Below, piece by piece: positions 61,818 to 64,000 of a stretch of 64,000 nt of DNA (the first letter of the stretch is position 1; each line of letters starts with the position of its first letter). Source of the stretch: Podarcis bocagei (Eukaryota); the NCBI GenBank assembly GCA_964188305.1, contig OZ076894.1, one strand, 5' to 3'. The notes under the pieces are model-generated. The model had not been told where the DNA came from, did no database searches, and was given only the letters and a program-made list of their open reading frames with translations. A program made the position numbers and the translations under genes.

Positions 61818-64000
61818 GACAACATCATCTCTAACCCTTGAGCATGCTGGTTGGCGATGACTGGAACTGTAGCCCAGCAATATCTGGAGAACCATAGGTT
61901 CCCCATCACTAGTGTAAATGTTCCTCTGAACAGACTTCTTCAAAAGCAATAACAGTTTCTCACCTTCTGTCTCATTCTACCCCCAAACCTTTGGGTTGCA
62001 TTTTCTACTCCACATCCCATGCTCACTCAGTCACCACATATAACTGATAGTTATGTCTTAAAATAGTGAAGCTAATTCAATTCCCCAAACTGTGTAGTGC
62101 ACAGCACTTAGCCGAGATGTGCTTACTCAGGAAATCAGCTTAATCAGGATGCCTCCTGGGGAACTGATCTAAGACAAATGATACTTAATGACAATGACTG
62201 GTGATTTATAGGGATAGTAATTCTGCTTAACTGCAGTTCTTTCTTGTGATTTAGTGGTGCTTCAGTTTTTGCGTTCCCCAATCTCATTCCTGATGATTGC
62301 TTTCATTCTAACAAGTGCTGTTAGTGCCACTTTATTTGTGGCCCCATTGTTAAAAAAAAATAATGTTTCTGTTCTGTGCTTGATAGAAAATGTGTAACAG
62401 TCCAACAGATGAAAGTGGAAGATGAAACAGACTTTGCTTCTAATGCTCCAAAGTCTGACCTCACCTTGCCTTCCAACTGCACTGCAGATGAGAGCAACTC
62501 TCCATCTACCCTGGCCCTTCATGTGGACGTCTACCTAACGAAGACAATTCATTTGTCTTTTTAGTCAGACCACCAAAATCATACTTTGGACATTAAAACC
62601 CTCTTCAGGTGTTCAGTGTGAACACATGGAAAGTCAAGTTGGGTGAACTTTGACCCCCAAATGATGCTTGTATGCGCTGAGTACACTCATTAGCCAATAG
62701 GCATGGTTAATTTCAGTTTCCTGAGTTTCTTGTTTTTCCCTTATTATATCCAGTTGTCCACATTTGCACATCATTTTGCAATTTTTTTGAATGGCATCGT
62801 GAAAATTAGCATTTAATGTATTTTTCTCCTAGTTTGTACACAATTTTGCCAAACACACACACATTTTTTGTCAAGCAATTTCCCCTGAAATAATGGATTT
62901 TTATGTTATTTTCACTAATATATGCTTTTTAAGGGGCATTTTACTGCAGTATATGGATTTTTGTATACATTACATGGCTGGAGAACTGTGTCAAAAATTT
63001 TGGAGAAATGTGAATTTCAAAGGATGGCTACAAGGCACCTAACTATGTTCCTATGAGTATGATGAATGCTCACAGAATCATTGAGGGATTGGGGCTCACC
63101 CCAAACATTCCTGCTTGCTCTGTTGTTCTTTCCAATTGAATTCCAGAAGAGGACTTAAGGCTATGTAGCCAAATATTGAGGAATATAATTCGCCACTCAG
63201 CATTCAGCATCATTTTTGAATATGTAGCCCAACAATCCAAAGGACAGGCCATCCATGTTCCCAACTGAGATTGAATTAAAATGAGGAAACTTTTATTCCC
63301 TAGTAAGTTTCACCATTCTTTTGTTTAGCTTGTCAACTTGAGCCACCTCAAAGCCTTTTCTCAGGCAGAACTGGAAAATGGAAAAACAAAAATACATTAT
63401 AGAAGTTAGAGATAAAATTTAAGGTACTTTCCCAATAACCTGCATGACTTTGTATTGTATTTTTTCCTGTCATTTTTTTATTTATTCTGATTACAAAACT
63501 TAAATAAAACATTTATATACATATACATAAGGAATAACTAGATGGCAAAAGCACAATGGAATTATGAGCTAACAAGGGAACTGATACAGTTTCAATGCAT
63601 ATAGGATTGCATAAAAGTACAACCCTATAAATGTCTACTCAGAAGTAAACCCCACTGAGTTAAGTGGGACACACAGAAAGTATAGGATGATTTGTAGCCT
63701 GATCAAGACTTTTACAGCACACTCCTATACATACTTACTCAGAAGTAAGTTATGTTGAGTTTTAATAGTAGTAATTAAATTGTCAGAGGAAGATTGGAAT
63801 TATATTTGTAGTACAGACCTGGTGGTCATTCTAATTGTTGTAATTTAAAGAATAATTTTGCAAGATAATTTTCTTTTCAGTGGTATTATATGTCTTTGAG
63901 ATTTAAGAACATGCATAGTACTGCTAATTGCAGAGGTTGCAGATGCCAGATACACAAATGGTGGGAATGTAAAATTACTATATAATCACTTACATAATTT

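Noticed and set aside
62376-62564. Possible host exon with protein-like translation (similar candidates at 19291-19445 and 27408-27431)
   Set aside because: No recognisable homology and no consistent splice chain. It cannot be supported without RNA-seq or BLASTX.

Overview
This is vertebrate genomic DNA. The repeat set (Sauria-type SINE, Bov-B, L1/L2/CR1, a Penelope fragment) points to a squamate, probably a lacertid-like lizard. I recognised no host protein-coding exon, structural RNA gene or CRISPR array, so the window looks intronic or intergenic. Nearly all ORFs in the track are chance frames or retroelement remnants. It holds three 5'-truncated L1 copies with 17-19 bp TSDs, Bov-B, L2 and CR1 fragments, tRNA-derived SINEs, solo LTRs, many TcMar and hAT MITEs, microsatellites and a 200-N gap. 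The main points of interest are five. (1) A TSD-flanked 2.1 kb non-autonomous 'half-L1' (GC-rich 5' end, coiled-coil ORF, L1 3' tail) whose likely partner L1 subfamily lies in the same window, plus a second, unrelated 1.1 kb element of similar design. (2) A ~500 bp block stitched from three nearby templates, two inverted and one direct. (3) A Penelope-like fold-back insertion carrying a minimal hammerhead ribozyme motif. (4) Solo LTRs sharing a short ORF that starts inside the LTR terminus. (5) A non-coding DIRS/Ngaro-like family. All alignments were done by eye, family names come from recall rather than a database search, and the boundaries of old repeats are approximate.
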